The position numbers and the translations under genes were made by a program. From contig JAEEHU010000035.1 in NCBI GenBank assembly GCA_016280975.1, positions 1 through 51,733 of the forward strand: a DNA stretch of 51,733 nucleotides. The letters run 5' to 3'. The notes beneath the pieces are model-generated. The model worked only from the letters and a program-made list of their open reading frames with translations, was not told the DNA's origin and did no database searches. Source of the stretch: Acholeplasmatales bacterium. Lineage in GTDB: Bacteria > Bacillota_I > Bacilli_A > Acholeplasmatales > Anaeroplasmataceae. Below are positions 17,026-26,740 of the stretch, in pieces. The stretch's first letter is position 1, and every line of letters starts with the position of its first letter.

Positions 17026-18260
17026 TGATTGAAAAGTTTTATAGTGGCGATGAATGCGGAATTATAACTGATATATATGTAATATCAAACGATAAAAATG
17101 AAGGTGTATTAGTTGATACAACGTATAAATTTGATACCTTATATGAAACAATTACCAAAAAATATGATATTAAGGCAGTAATAATTACTCATTCCCATAT
17201 AGATCATGTAGATGGATTAAAGTTCTTTAATAAAACAAATATCCCAATCTATATGTCAAAAGAAACAAAAGAGGCTCTTAGTGATTCTAAGGCCTCTTCA
17301 TACTATATAATAGGCGAGGAAAGTCCTTTTAAGGAAAATGATTTAAATATAATTGTAGTAGAAGATAATGAGAATTTAAACATTATTGGCTATGATTTTA
17401 AATTCTTATTAACTAGGGGTCACACAACAGGCTCTATAACAATCGTTATAGATAGCTTAAAGGCAATATTTTCAGGTGATACATTATTTCCAGGAAGACA
17501 TGGTATGACAACATATTATGGTGGAAATCATAAGGATATGCTAAAAAGCATAGATAAAATTCTATCATATCCAGATGATTACTTAATATATCCTGGACAT
17601 TATGAAAATGTATTAGTAAAAGATTTAAAGTTTTTAAAAGATTTAAACATTGAATTATTTACATACGGTAAAGGCTTTAGAGTAGATACAAATGTGTATT
17701 TAGTATCAAATGGTGATGATGCAATTATATTTGATACATCATTTGAATTTGATAAGGTACCAAAAATAATAAATGAAAGATATAACCTAAAAGGAATATT
17801 TATAACTCATTCTCATATGGATCATATAGATGGGCTAAAGTATTTCATAGGTAGTGATATTCCTATTTATATGTCAGAAGAAACAGAAAGAACAATGTAT
17901 GATAGGAATATAACATCATATTATATGATTAACGAAAATCCACCATTTAAAAAGGGTGATTTAAATATAATTCATGTAAAGGATAATGACATTATAGATA
18001 TCATAGGTAAGAAGGTTAAGGTTATTTCAACACCAGGCCATCAAAAAGGTGCAACATCTTATCTAATATCTCATGCAATATTTTCAGGAGATACAATTTT
18101 TAAAGGACGTCATGCATGGACTACATATCCAACAGGTGATGAGACCGACATGAAAAACACTTTAAAAAAGCTACTTTCATATCCAGAAAATTATTATATT
18201 TATCCAGGACATGATGATTTAGTTACAGTTAGGGATTCGTTATTCTTATTAAATGAGTAG
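17025..18260 (+). CDS. Tandem double metallo-beta-lactamase-fold hydrolase (two glyoxalase II/YcbL-like domains)
   Basis: Each half has THSHxDH, GH, FSGDT and YPGH. Confidence 0.88.
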   Translation: MIEKFYSGDECGIITDIYVISNDKNEGVLVDTTYKFDTLYETITKKYDIKAVIITHSHIDHVDGLKFFNKTNIPIYMSKETKEALSDSKASSYYIIGEESPFKENDLNIIVVEDNENLNIIGYDFKFLLTRGHTTGSITIVIDSLKAIFSGDTLFPGRHGMTTYYGGNHKDMLKSIDKILSYPDDYLIYPGHYENVLVKDLKFLKDLNIELFTYGKGFRVDTNVYLVSNGDDAIIFDTSFEFDKVPKIINERYNLKGIFITHSHMDHIDGLKYFIGSDIPIYMSEETERTMYDRNITSYYMINENPPFKKGDLNIIHVKDNDIIDIIGKKVKVISTPGHQKGATSYLISHAIFSGDTIFKGRHAWTTYPTGDETDMKNTLKKLLSYPENYYIYPGHDDLVTVRDSLFLLNE

Positions 18261-18268
18261 GTGGTATT

Positions 18269-19063
18269 ATGGCACATAAAATAGAAATAGAGCATGTAAG
18301 CTTTGAATACGAAGGAAAAAAGACAAAGTTTCCTGCATTAAACAATATAAATATTAATATTAAAGAAGGCGAATTTATTTGTCTTTTAGGTAATTCAGGC
18401 TGTGGTAAGTCTACACTTCTTTCTATTTTAAGTGGTCTAAACAAACCATCAAGTGGGAGATTATTAATAGATGGAAATGAAGTAGTAGGTCCTGGAGTTG
18501 ATAGAGCTGTTGTATTTCAGCACTATTCATTATTCCCATGGCTTACAGCTAAAGGCAATGTTTTATTTGGTATAAAGCAATCAGGTAAAAAATATTCTAA
18601 GGCTGAAAGAAATGAGCTTGCAAATAATTATTTAAAATCAGTTGAATTATTTGAGGCTAAGGATAAATATCCTAATGAATTATCTGGTGGTATGCAACAA
18701 AGAGTCGCAGTAGCTAGAGCACTTGCATTAGAATCAAATATCCTATTAATGGATGAACCATTTGGAGCTATTGATCCTAAATTAAGATTAGAGCTTCAAG
18801 AGCTTGTTTTAAGATTATCAAAGGATAATAAAAAAACTGTTATATTTGTAACTCATGATATTGATGAAGCACTTTTACTTGCAGATAGAATATTTGTAAT
18901 GGAACCAGGTAGGATAAAAGAAGAATTAAAGGTAAATTTAAAAACACCAAGAAAAAGAGAAGAGCTTGTTAAGACAGAAGAATATCAAGAATTATATCAA
19001 AAATTATTCTCATTATTCTACGATAGAATAAGAGAAGATATATATGAGGAGACGATGTTATAA
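18269..19063 (+). CDS. NitT/TauT-family ABC transporter ATP-binding protein
   Basis: GNSGCGKS, LSGGMQQR, LLMDEPFGA, VTHD. Confidence 0.93.
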   Translation: MAHKIEIEHVSFEYEGKKTKFPALNNININIKEGEFICLLGNSGCGKSTLLSILSGLNKPSSGRLLIDGNEVVGPGVDRAVVFQHYSLFPWLTAKGNVLFGIKQSGKKYSKAERNELANNYLKSVELFEAKDKYPNELSGGMQQRVAVARALALESNILLMDEPFGAIDPKLRLELQELVLRLSKDNKKTVIFVTHDIDEALLLADRIFVMEPGRIKEELKVNLKTPRKREELVKTEEYQELYQKLFSLFYDRIREDIYEETML

Positions 19064-20046
19064 TGAGAAGAATAAAAGAATTTTTTAAAGCAAGATATGC
19101 GTCTCTAAAGTTTTCTCAGGGTGGTTTTAAAAAACTATTAGTCGGTTTTATTATTGTTAATGTATTATTTATTACAAATTTATTTTTAGCATTGTTTTTA
19201 GATTATCAAACAGAGCATGAATATATTTATCCATCAACAACTTATGTTATATTCTTAGCTATATTTGAATTATATTATTTAATACTATTTGTAATTAGAA
19301 AGAAAAAAAGTGTATCTGATGTGTTTACAGTGCTTTTTGGATTTCTATTACTATGGGAATTAGGATATAAGCTTGGATGGACAACAAGTGATTTACTTAT
19401 TCCATCTCCAGAAGGATTATTTAATATTTATAGTGAAAAAACAAAGGAAGTAACTGATGGCATATTTGCATCCCTTAAGTTATTATTCTTTGGTGTAATA
19501 ATAGGTTTAGCATCAGGTGTAGTTGTTGGACTACTTGCAGGTTTTATTCCAAGAGTGAGGGAGGTAGTATCACCTATTGCAGGTGTATTATCTCCAATTC
19601 CTCCACTTGTATATACACCATATGTAGTAATGGTTGCTCCAACATTTTATATTGCATCAGTGTTTGTAATATTCTCATCAGTATTCTGGCCAACTCTAAC
19701 TCAAACTATTAATAGTGTTAAATCTATTGATAGAAGAGTAATAGAAGCCGCAAGAACAATGGGTGTATCAACATTTGGTATGTTATTTAAGGTAATCCTA
19801 CCTTATATAATCCCTGCAATTATTGTAGGACTTTCAAGAAGTTTAAGAGCTGCATTCTTATGTTTAACAGGTGCTGAAATGCTTGGCGCAAAAGCAGGAC
19901 TTGGATTCTTTATAAAAATGTATGAAAGAAACTTAGACTTTAGAGCAATCCTTGCAGGTATATTAGTTCTTGCGGTTGTTGTATCTATTATAGATATATT
20001 AGTAAGAAAGCTTGAAACTAGAATAGTTAGATGGAAATATAACTAG
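19063..20046 (+). CDS. NitT/TauT-family ABC transporter permease
   Basis: IPPLVY, EAA loop IEAARTMG, AEMLGAKAGLG; extra N-terminal TM helices. Confidence 0.9.
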   Translation: MRRIKEFFKARYASLKFSQGGFKKLLVGFIIVNVLFITNLFLALFLDYQTEHEYIYPSTTYVIFLAIFELYYLILFVIRKKKSVSDVFTVLFGFLLLWELGYKLGWTTSDLLIPSPEGLFNIYSEKTKEVTDGIFASLKLLFFGVIIGLASGVVVGLLAGFIPRVREVVSPIAGVLSPIPPLVYTPYVVMVAPTFYIASVFVIFSSVFWPTLTQTINSVKSIDRRVIEAARTMGVSTFGMLFKVILPYIIPAIIVGLSRSLRAAFLCLTGAEMLGAKAGLGFFIKMYERNLDFRAILAGILVLAVVVSIIDILVRKLETRIVRWKYN

Positions 20047-20057
20047 GAAGTGGTATT

Positions 20058-21017
20058 TTGAAAAAATATTATGATAGTATTGATGATTTAGTCGGAAATA
20101 CTCCATTATTAAAATTAAATAACCTAAAGAAGTATTTAAATTTAAAATCAAATATTTATGTGAAGCTTGAATATTATAATATAGGTGGTTCTATTAAAAC
20201 TAGAATAGCTAAAAATATGATAGATAAGCTTGAAGAAGAGGGGAAATTAAAGGAAGGCTCAACCATTATTGAGGCAACAAGCGGAAATACTGGTATTGGA
20301 CTTTCGTTAATTGCAGCCTCTCGTGGCTATAAAGCAATTATTATTATGCCTGAGGGTGTAACAATAGAAAGAGTTAAATTATTAAAAAGCTATGGCGCTA
20401 AGGTGTATTTAACACCGAAGGAGGAAGCCATGCAGGGACCTAAGGATTTAGCTTTAAAGCTTAATAGTGAGATTAAGAATTCAGAAATTGTTAATCAATT
20501 TGAAAATCCAAATAATCCACTCATGCACTATATGACAACAGCTCCTGAAATCTATAAAGCACTAGGTAAAAAAATAACACACTTTGTTTCGGCAGCTGGT
20601 ACTGGTGGAACATTAGGAGGTTGTGCTAAGTATTTAAAGGAAAAGAATAAAAAAATCAAAATTATTGGTGTTGAGCCAGAAGGCACTGAGAAACTTAAGG
20701 ATGGAGAATGGAAGCCACATAAAATAGAAGGAATTGGTGGTGCCATCAGAAATAAGAATTTAGATTTCTCTTTAATAGATTCAATATATGAATGTAAGGA
20801 TGAAGATGCATATTATTATGCAAGATTATTACCACAAATAGAAGGAATAAGCATTGGAATTTCAGCTGGCGCTGCAATTTCAGGGGCTATAGATATTGCT
20901 AAAAATAGCGATAAGGGAAATAACATTGTAGTTATTATTCCAGATAGTGGTGATCATTATTTATCAGGAGATTTATTTCAGGTTGATGTAAATCTTTTAA
21001 AGAGAAGCTCAAAGTGA
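20058..21017 (+). CDS. Divergent cysteine synthase (CysK/CysM family) paralogue
   Basis: GNTPL, GSIKTR (PLP lysine), TSGNTG, NQFEN, GTGGT, HKIEGIG; TTG start. Confidence 0.88.
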   Translation: MKKYYDSIDDLVGNTPLLKLNNLKKYLNLKSNIYVKLEYYNIGGSIKTRIAKNMIDKLEEEGKLKEGSTIIEATSGNTGIGLSLIAASRGYKAIIIMPEGVTIERVKLLKSYGAKVYLTPKEEAMQGPKDLALKLNSEIKNSEIVNQFENPNNPLMHYMTTAPEIYKALGKKITHFVSAAGTGGTLGGCAKYLKEKNKKIKIIGVEPEGTEKLKDGEWKPHKIEGIGGAIRNKNLDFSLIDSIYECKDEDAYYYARLLPQIEGISIGISAGAAISGAIDIAKNSDKGNNIVVIIPDSGDHYLSGDLFQVDVNLLKRSSK

Positions 21018-21046
21018 TATAATAAGCATAGTATTTTACTAGGAAT
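21015..21046 (+). promoter_or_regulatory. Internal extended -10 promoter plus second Rrf2 operator
   Basis: TGATATAAT at 21015-21023 followed by AAGCATA-N9-TAGGAAT. Confidence 0.6.
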
Positions 21047-21049
21047 GGG

Positions 21050-21493
21050 GTGAATAGATTGATATCAACAAAAGGAAGATATGCTTTAAGATTAATGATT
21101 GATATAGCATCATATTCAAATGGATCTCCTGTTACACTTAAAGATGTATCTAAAAGACAGGATGTATCAATTAAATATTTAGAGCAGGTTGTATCACTAT
21201 TATTAAAAAGAGGATATCTAATTAGTATTAGAGGTAATAATGGAGGTTATTTACTTTCTAAAGACCCTAAGGAATATACAGCAGGAGATATCATTAGATG
21301 TGCAGAAGGCACACTCGCACCTGTTTCATGCCTTAAAACAGACTGTAATGTCTGTCCTAGAAAGGATATATGTTCAACACTTGATTTCTGGAAGGGATTT
21401 TATGATGTTGTAAATAATTATGTCGATAGTGTTACACTTGATGATTTAAGAAATGAAGAATTACTTAAAATAGGAAACGATTATAGTATATAA
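21050..21493 (+). CDS. Rrf2-family transcriptional regulator (CymR/IscR-like)
   Basis: [25 protein letters not shown]; C-terminal Cys residues ([16 protein letters not shown]). Confidence 0.93.
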   Translation: MNRLISTKGRYALRLMIDIASYSNGSPVTLKDVSKRQDVSIKYLEQVVSLLLKRGYLISIRGNNGGYLLSKDPKEYTAGDIIRCAEGTLAPVSCLKTDCNVCPRKDICSTLDFWKGFYDVVNNYVDSVTLDDLRNEELLKIGNDYSI

Positions 21494-21507
21494 AGGAGAT
21501 AATGAAA

Positions 21508-22437
21508 ATGAGTAAGGTATATAAATCAATAGTAGAATTAATTGGTAAAACACCATTAGTAGAATTAGTTAATTTTAACGAGGAGAATAAGCTTGGAGCA
21601 ACAATATATGCTAAGGTAGAAGGCTTTAATCCAGCAGGATCTGTAAAAGATAGAGTTGCAAAATCAATAATTGAGGATTACGAAAAAAGAGGTATCTTAA
21701 AGAAGGGCTCAACTATTATTGAGCCAACAAGTGGTAATACTGGTATTGGTCTTGCTGCTATAGCTGCATCAAAAGGCTATAGATTAATAATTACATTACC
21801 TGAAACAATGTCAGTTGAAAGAAGAAACTTAATTAAAGCATATGGTGCAGAGCTTGTTTTAACTGATGGAACAAAGGGTATGAAGGGCGCAATTGAAAAG
21901 GCCAATGAATTAAATAAGGAAATTCCAAATTCGATTATTGCAGGACAATTTGTTAACCCTGCAAATCCAAAGGCACACTATGAGACAACCGGCCCAGAAA
22001 TTTGGAACGATTTAGAAGGCGACATTGATATATTCGTTGCTGGTGTAGGTACTGGCGGAACTATATCAGGCGTTGGTAAATATTTAAAGGAAAAGAATCA
22101 AAAGATTAAAATTGTTGCAGTAGAACCAGCATCATCAGCTGTACTTTCTACAGGTGTTGCAGGTCCACATAAGATTCAAGGTATTGGTGCAGGATTTATT
22201 CCTGATACACTTGATACAACAATTTATGATGAAATAATTACTGTATCAAACGAAGATGCATTTAAAACTGGTGCTGAGGTAGTTAAAACTGATGGTGTAT
22301 TTATTGGTATTTCATCAGGAGCTGCTTTATTTGCTGCAAAGGAATTGGCAAAAAGACCAGAGAACAAGGGTAAAAACATTGTAGTATTATTACCAGATAA
22401 TGGTGATAGATACTTATCAACACCACTATTCAATTAA
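21508..22437 (+). CDS. cysK: Cysteine synthase A
   Basis: [41 protein letters not shown]. Confidence 0.96.
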   Translation: MSKVYKSIVELIGKTPLVELVNFNEENKLGATIYAKVEGFNPAGSVKDRVAKSIIEDYEKRGILKKGSTIIEPTSGNTGIGLAAIAASKGYRLIITLPETMSVERRNLIKAYGAELVLTDGTKGMKGAIEKANELNKEIPNSIIAGQFVNPANPKAHYETTGPEIWNDLEGDIDIFVAGVGTGGTISGVGKYLKEKNQKIKIVAVEPASSAVLSTGVAGPHKIQGIGAGFIPDTLDTTIYDEIITVSNEDAFKTGAEVVKTDGVFIGISSGAALFAAKELAKRPENKGKNIVVLLPDNGDRYLSTPLFN

Positions 22438-22479
22438 TATTTTAATTTGGTGTAGAACGTAACTAAATAGTACAAATAT

Positions 22480-22503
22480 GCCCACAATCTGTGGGCTTTT
22501 TGT
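22480..22503 (+). terminator. Terminator of the sulfur operon
   Basis: GCCCACA-atc-TGTGGGC-TTTTT. Confidence 0.85.
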
Positions 22504-22578
22504 TACTTTATATTACTTTTTCTTGCTTTTTAATTTTATAGCGTTAGAATATAGGCATATTTAAATTTTGGTGATATT

Positions 22579-23925
22579 ATGAAAAGTAATTTTTGGAAAA
22601 AGGTAATAATGATTGGTCTTCCTGTTTCCATTCAAAACTTAATTAACACTGTAGTTAATATGGTTGATACATTTATGATTGGATCTCTTGGTGATGATTA
22701 TGTATCAGCTGTAGGTCTTGCCAATAAAGTATTTTTTGTATTAAATCTTTTAATATTTGGTATAGGATCAGGCTGTTCAGTATTATTAAGCCAGTATTAT
22801 GGAAAAAGAGATGATAAAAATTTAAATAGAACATTTGGATTTATGATGGCACTATCACTTATAGGAAGCTTTATATTCTTTATTTTGGCTGTATCTATTC
22901 CGGGTGCATTGATGAGAATATTTACTGAAAGTGAAGCATTAATTACAATTGGTGCATCATATTTAAGAATAGTATCAGTAAGCTATGTTTTTACTGCATT
23001 TTCAATGGCAGTAGGAGCTATGCTAAGAAGTATTAATAAAACAAGAGCTCCTATGATATTTACTATAATTTCCGTATTTATAAATGTATTCTTTAATTTT
23101 ATATTTATATTCGGTAAGATGGGTGCCCCAGTTATGAACGCTGATGGTGCTGCGATAGGTACTATTATTGCAAGATTTGTTGAATTTATGTGTATATTAT
23201 TCTATTTAATATTTGCAAAAAGAGATGTTAAGCTTGAGATAAAAGAAATAGTACATATCAATAAAGAGACTATAAAGAAGAATCTAAAGTTTGCACTTCC
23301 TGTTATTGTTAATGAGGTAGGATGGGGACTTGGAACTACGATGTATTCAGTAATATATGGTCATATGGGAGATGAAGTAGTAGCTTCTATGACTATCGCG
23401 ACTGCCTTAGAGGATTTAGTTTATGCACTATTATTTGGTGTATCAACTGCTTGTGCTGTAATAGTTGGAAATCAGCTTGGATCTAATGATTTAGAAAAGG
23501 CAGAAAAGAGCGCAGTTAAATTACTAATATGTGGAATAGTATTATCTGCAGTATTAGCTGGTATTTTAGTATTAGTTGTTAATCCATACATTATGCTTTA
23601 TAAAACAACTGATGTTGTTGCATCAAATATAAGAAAGGTTTGTATAGCCTATGCTATTATGATGCCTGCAAGAACATTTAATTTAATTATGATTGTAGGT
23701 ATATTAAGAAGTGGTGGAGATACATTATTCTGTATGATAATGGAGCTTACATGTTTATGGGGTATAGGTGTATCACTTGGCGCTATTGGTGCCTTCCTAC
23801 TTAACCTAGATGTATTATGGGTATTTGTCCTTTGTGAGACTGAACAATTAGTTAAGGTTGTAATTGGATTTATTAGATACCGTCAAAAGAAATGGGTTAA
23901 AAATATAGTTATTAAGGATAATTAA
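22579..23925 (+). CDS. MATE-family efflux transporter
   Basis: LPVSIQN...VDTFMIGSLG, SQYYG, GAAIGTIIAR, LRSGGD; about 12 TM. Confidence 0.92.
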   Translation: MKSNFWKKVIMIGLPVSIQNLINTVVNMVDTFMIGSLGDDYVSAVGLANKVFFVLNLLIFGIGSGCSVLLSQYYGKRDDKNLNRTFGFMMALSLIGSFIFFILAVSIPGALMRIFTESEALITIGASYLRIVSVSYVFTAFSMAVGAMLRSINKTRAPMIFTIISVFINVFFNFIFIFGKMGAPVMNADGAAIGTIIARFVEFMCILFYLIFAKRDVKLEIKEIVHINKETIKKNLKFALPVIVNEVGWGLGTTMYSVIYGHMGDEVVASMTIATALEDLVYALLFGVSTACAVIVGNQLGSNDLEKAEKSAVKLLICGIVLSAVLAGILVLVVNPYIMLYKTTDVVASNIRKVCIAYAIMMPARTFNLIMIVGILRSGGDTLFCMIMELTCLWGIGVSLGAIGAFLLNLDVLWVFVLCETEQLVKVVIGFIRYRQKKWVKNIVIKDN

Positions 23926-23929
23926 AATC

Positions 23930-23953
23930 AAGCTCAATTTATGAGCTTTTTTT
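23930..23953 (+). terminator. Intrinsic terminator
   Basis: AAGCTCA-attta-TGAGCTT-TTTTT. Confidence 0.75.
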
Positions 23954-24054
23954 AATTTTACAAATTAAAATAAACTGTTAATTTTGTTTATTTTTAAAAT
24001 CAATAGTAGTATAATTAGTTGTGCTAATTATAAACGATACGGGAGGTTCATATT

Positions 24055-26682
24055 ATGAAGAAGTATGTTTATCATTTTGAAGAGGCTTATGGATTAGGAA
24101 AAGAGTTATTAGGTGGTAAGGGCGCAGGCTTAGCTGAAATGACTCATATTGGTGTTTCTATTCCACAAGGATTTACTATTACAACTGAGGCATGTAGCCT
24201 ATACTATAATTCCAACAAAGAATTACCTGAATTCTTAGTTAAGGATATTTATCAAGCAGTAAAAGAAGTTGAAAAGAAAACAGGAAAGAAATTTGGTGGA
24301 GATAAGAATCCACTATTAGTATCAGTTAGATCAGGTGCTAGAGTATCAATGCCTGGTATGATGGATACAATCTTAAATTTAGGTTTAAATGATAATACTG
24401 TTAAGGTATTAGCAAATGAAACTAATAATGAAAGATTTGCCTATGATAGCTATAGAAGATTTGTATTAATGTTTACTAATATAGCTAAGGGTCATCCAAG
24501 AGATGATATGGATAAGATGTTAGATGATCTTAAGAAGGAGAAGGGCTATAAGCTTGATACAGAGGTTAAGGCAGACGAATTAAAGGAATTAGTAAAGAAG
24601 TATAAGGATTATTATAAGAAGACATTTAATGAGGAATTCCCAAGTGATCCTTATGTTCAATTAATAGAAGCTGTTAAGGCTGTATTTAGATCATGGGATA
24701 ATGAAAGAGCTAATGTTTATAGAATGATGAATAATATCCCTTATGATTGGGGTACTGCAGTAAATGTTCAATCTATGGCATTTGGTAACAAGGGTGAAAC
24801 ATCAGGTACTGGTGTTGCATTCTCAAGAAACCCAGCTACAGGTGAAAACAAGGTATCAGCTGAATACTTACCTAACGCGCAAGGTGAGGATGTAGTTGCT
24901 GGTATTAGAACACCACTTAAGATTGAAGAATTAGAGCATAGAATGCCTGAAGTATATAAGGAATTCATGAAGACTATTAAGCTAATGGAAAACCATTATA
25001 AGGATATGCAAGATATGGAATTTACTGTTGAGGATGGTAAATTGTATTTCTTACAAACAAGAAATGGTAAGAGAACTCCTAAGGCATCTCTTAAAATAGC
25101 CCTTGATTTACTTGATGAAGGTTTAATTGATGAAAAGGAAGCTATCTTAAGAATAGATGCACAAAGCTTTGATAAGATTTTACTTCCAGACTTCGATAGA
25201 GATGATATAAAGAATTATAAGCCTATCGCAAAGGGTATCGCTGCAGGTCCTGGTGCAGGAACTGGTATGCTTGCATTCAGTGCTAAGGAAGCAGAAGAAA
25301 GAAAAGCAAAGGGCGAAAAGGTTATTCTAGTTAGAGCAGAAACATCACCTGAGGATATTGTTGGTATGGTTTCAAGTGAAGCAATATTAACAATGAGAGG
25401 TGGTCAAACATCACACGCTGCCGTTGTTGCAAGACAAATGGGTAAATGCTGCGTTTGTGGATGTAGCGATGCTATTATTGATGAAAAGAAAAAGACTGTT
25501 ACTATTGATGGTAAGGTATATACAGATAAGGATACATTCTCTATTGATGGTTCAACAGGTAATGTATATTTAGGTGCTATTAAGACTATATCACCAGATT
25601 TAACAAGCGGAATCTTCGCTCGTTTCATGAAGATGGTTGATGAAAATAGATACTTAAAGGTTAGAACTAACGCTGATAATCCAAGAGATGCTCAAAAAGC
25701 ATTAGACTTTGGCGCTGAAGGTATTGGTTTATGTAGAACAGAGCATATGTTCTTCGATAAGGATAGAATCTTCTCTATGAGAAAGATGATTTTAGCTGAC
25801 AAGCTTATAGATAGAGAAAAGGCATTAGCTGAAATTGAGCCAATGCAACAAAAGGACTTTGAAGGCCTATATGAAATCATGAATGGTAGAAATGTTAACG
25901 TAAGATTATTAGATCCACCTCTACATGAATTCCTACCAAAGGAAGAAAAGCTAATTGAAGAATTAGCTAAGGCTTTAAATAAGAGTGTTTCTGATATTAA
26001 GAATAGAATTAACGAATTATCAGAATCAAATCCTATGATGGGTCACCGTGGATGTAGACTTGCTGTTACATATCCTGAAATTTGTCGTATGCAAACAGAA
26101 GCTATCATTAAGGCTGCTATCAATGTAACTAAGAAGGGTATTAAGGTTGAGCCTGAAATCATGGTTCCACTTGTACTTGAAGTAAAAGAATTAAAATATG
26201 TTAAGAATATAATTTGTGAAACAGCTGATAGAATCATTAAGGAAGCAAACGTTAAGCTTACATATCATGTAGGTACAATGATTGAAATTCCAAGAGCTGC
26301 TTTATTATCAGATGAAATTGCACAAGAAGCTGAATTCTTCTCATTTGGTACAAACGACTTAACTCAAATGACTTTCGGATTCTCTCGAGATGATGCACAA
26401 AAGTTCTTACCATCATACTATGATACTAAGATCTTAGAATTTAACCCATTCAAGACACTTGATACAGAGGGTGTTGGTAAGCTTGTTAAGATGAGTGTTG
26501 CTGAAGGTAGAAAGACAAGACCAGATTTACATGTTGGTGTTTGTGGTGAAACTGGTGGAGACGCAAGAAGTATTGAATACTATCATAATGTTGGACTTGA
26601 TTATGTATCATGCTCACCATTTAGAGTACCAGTTGCGCGCTTAGCCGCTGCTCAAGCAAACATCAAAAATCCTAGAAAATAA
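24055..26682 (+). CDS. ppdK: Pyruvate phosphate dikinase
   Basis: LLGGKGAGLAEM, SVRSGARVSMPGMMDT, GGQTSHAAVVAR (phospho-His), FSFGTNDLTQ, YVSCSPFRVP. Confidence 0.98.
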   Translation: MKKYVYHFEEAYGLGKELLGGKGAGLAEMTHIGVSIPQGFTITTEACSLYYNSNKELPEFLVKDIYQAVKEVEKKTGKKFGGDKNPLLVSVRSGARVSMPGMMDTILNLGLNDNTVKVLANETNNERFAYDSYRRFVLMFTNIAKGHPRDDMDKMLDDLKKEKGYKLDTEVKADELKELVKKYKDYYKKTFNEEFPSDPYVQLIEAVKAVFRSWDNERANVYRMMNNIPYDWGTAVNVQSMAFGNKGETSGTGVAFSRNPATGENKVSAEYLPNAQGEDVVAGIRTPLKIEELEHRMPEVYKEFMKTIKLMENHYKDMQDMEFTVEDGKLYFLQTRNGKRTPKASLKIALDLLDEGLIDEKEAILRIDAQSFDKILLPDFDRDDIKNYKPIAKGIAAGPGAGTGMLAFSAKEAEERKAKGEKVILVRAETSPEDIVGMVSSEAILTMRGGQTSHAAVVARQMGKCCVCGCSDAIIDEKKKTVTIDGKVYTDKDTFSIDGSTGNVYLGAIKTISPDLTSGIFARFMKMVDENRYLKVRTNADNPRDAQKALDFGAEGIGLCRTEHMFFDKDRIFSMRKMILADKLIDREKALAEIEPMQQKDFEGLYEIMNGRNVNVRLLDPPLHEFLPKEEKLIEELAKALNKSVSDIKNRINELSESNPMMGHRGCRLAVTYPEICRMQTEAIIKAAINVTKKGIKVEPEIMVPLVLEVKELKYVKNIICETADRIIKEANVKLTYHVGTMIEIPRAALLSDEIAQEAEFFSFGTNDLTQMTFGFSRDDAQKFLPSYYDTKILEFNPFKTLDTEGVGKLVKMSVAEGRKTRPDLHVGVCGETGGDARSIEYYHNVGLDYVSCSPFRVPVARLAAAQANIKNPRK

Positions 26683-26691
26683 TTAATTATT

Positions 26692-26720
26692 AAACCACTG
26701 AAGTTATCTTTGGTGGTTTT
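26692..26720 (+). terminator. Terminator after ppdK
   Basis: AAACCACTGAAG/CTTTGGTGGTTT hairpin with G-U pairs. Confidence 0.65.
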
Positions 26721-26740
26721 CTAATAGATTGGAGCTTTTT

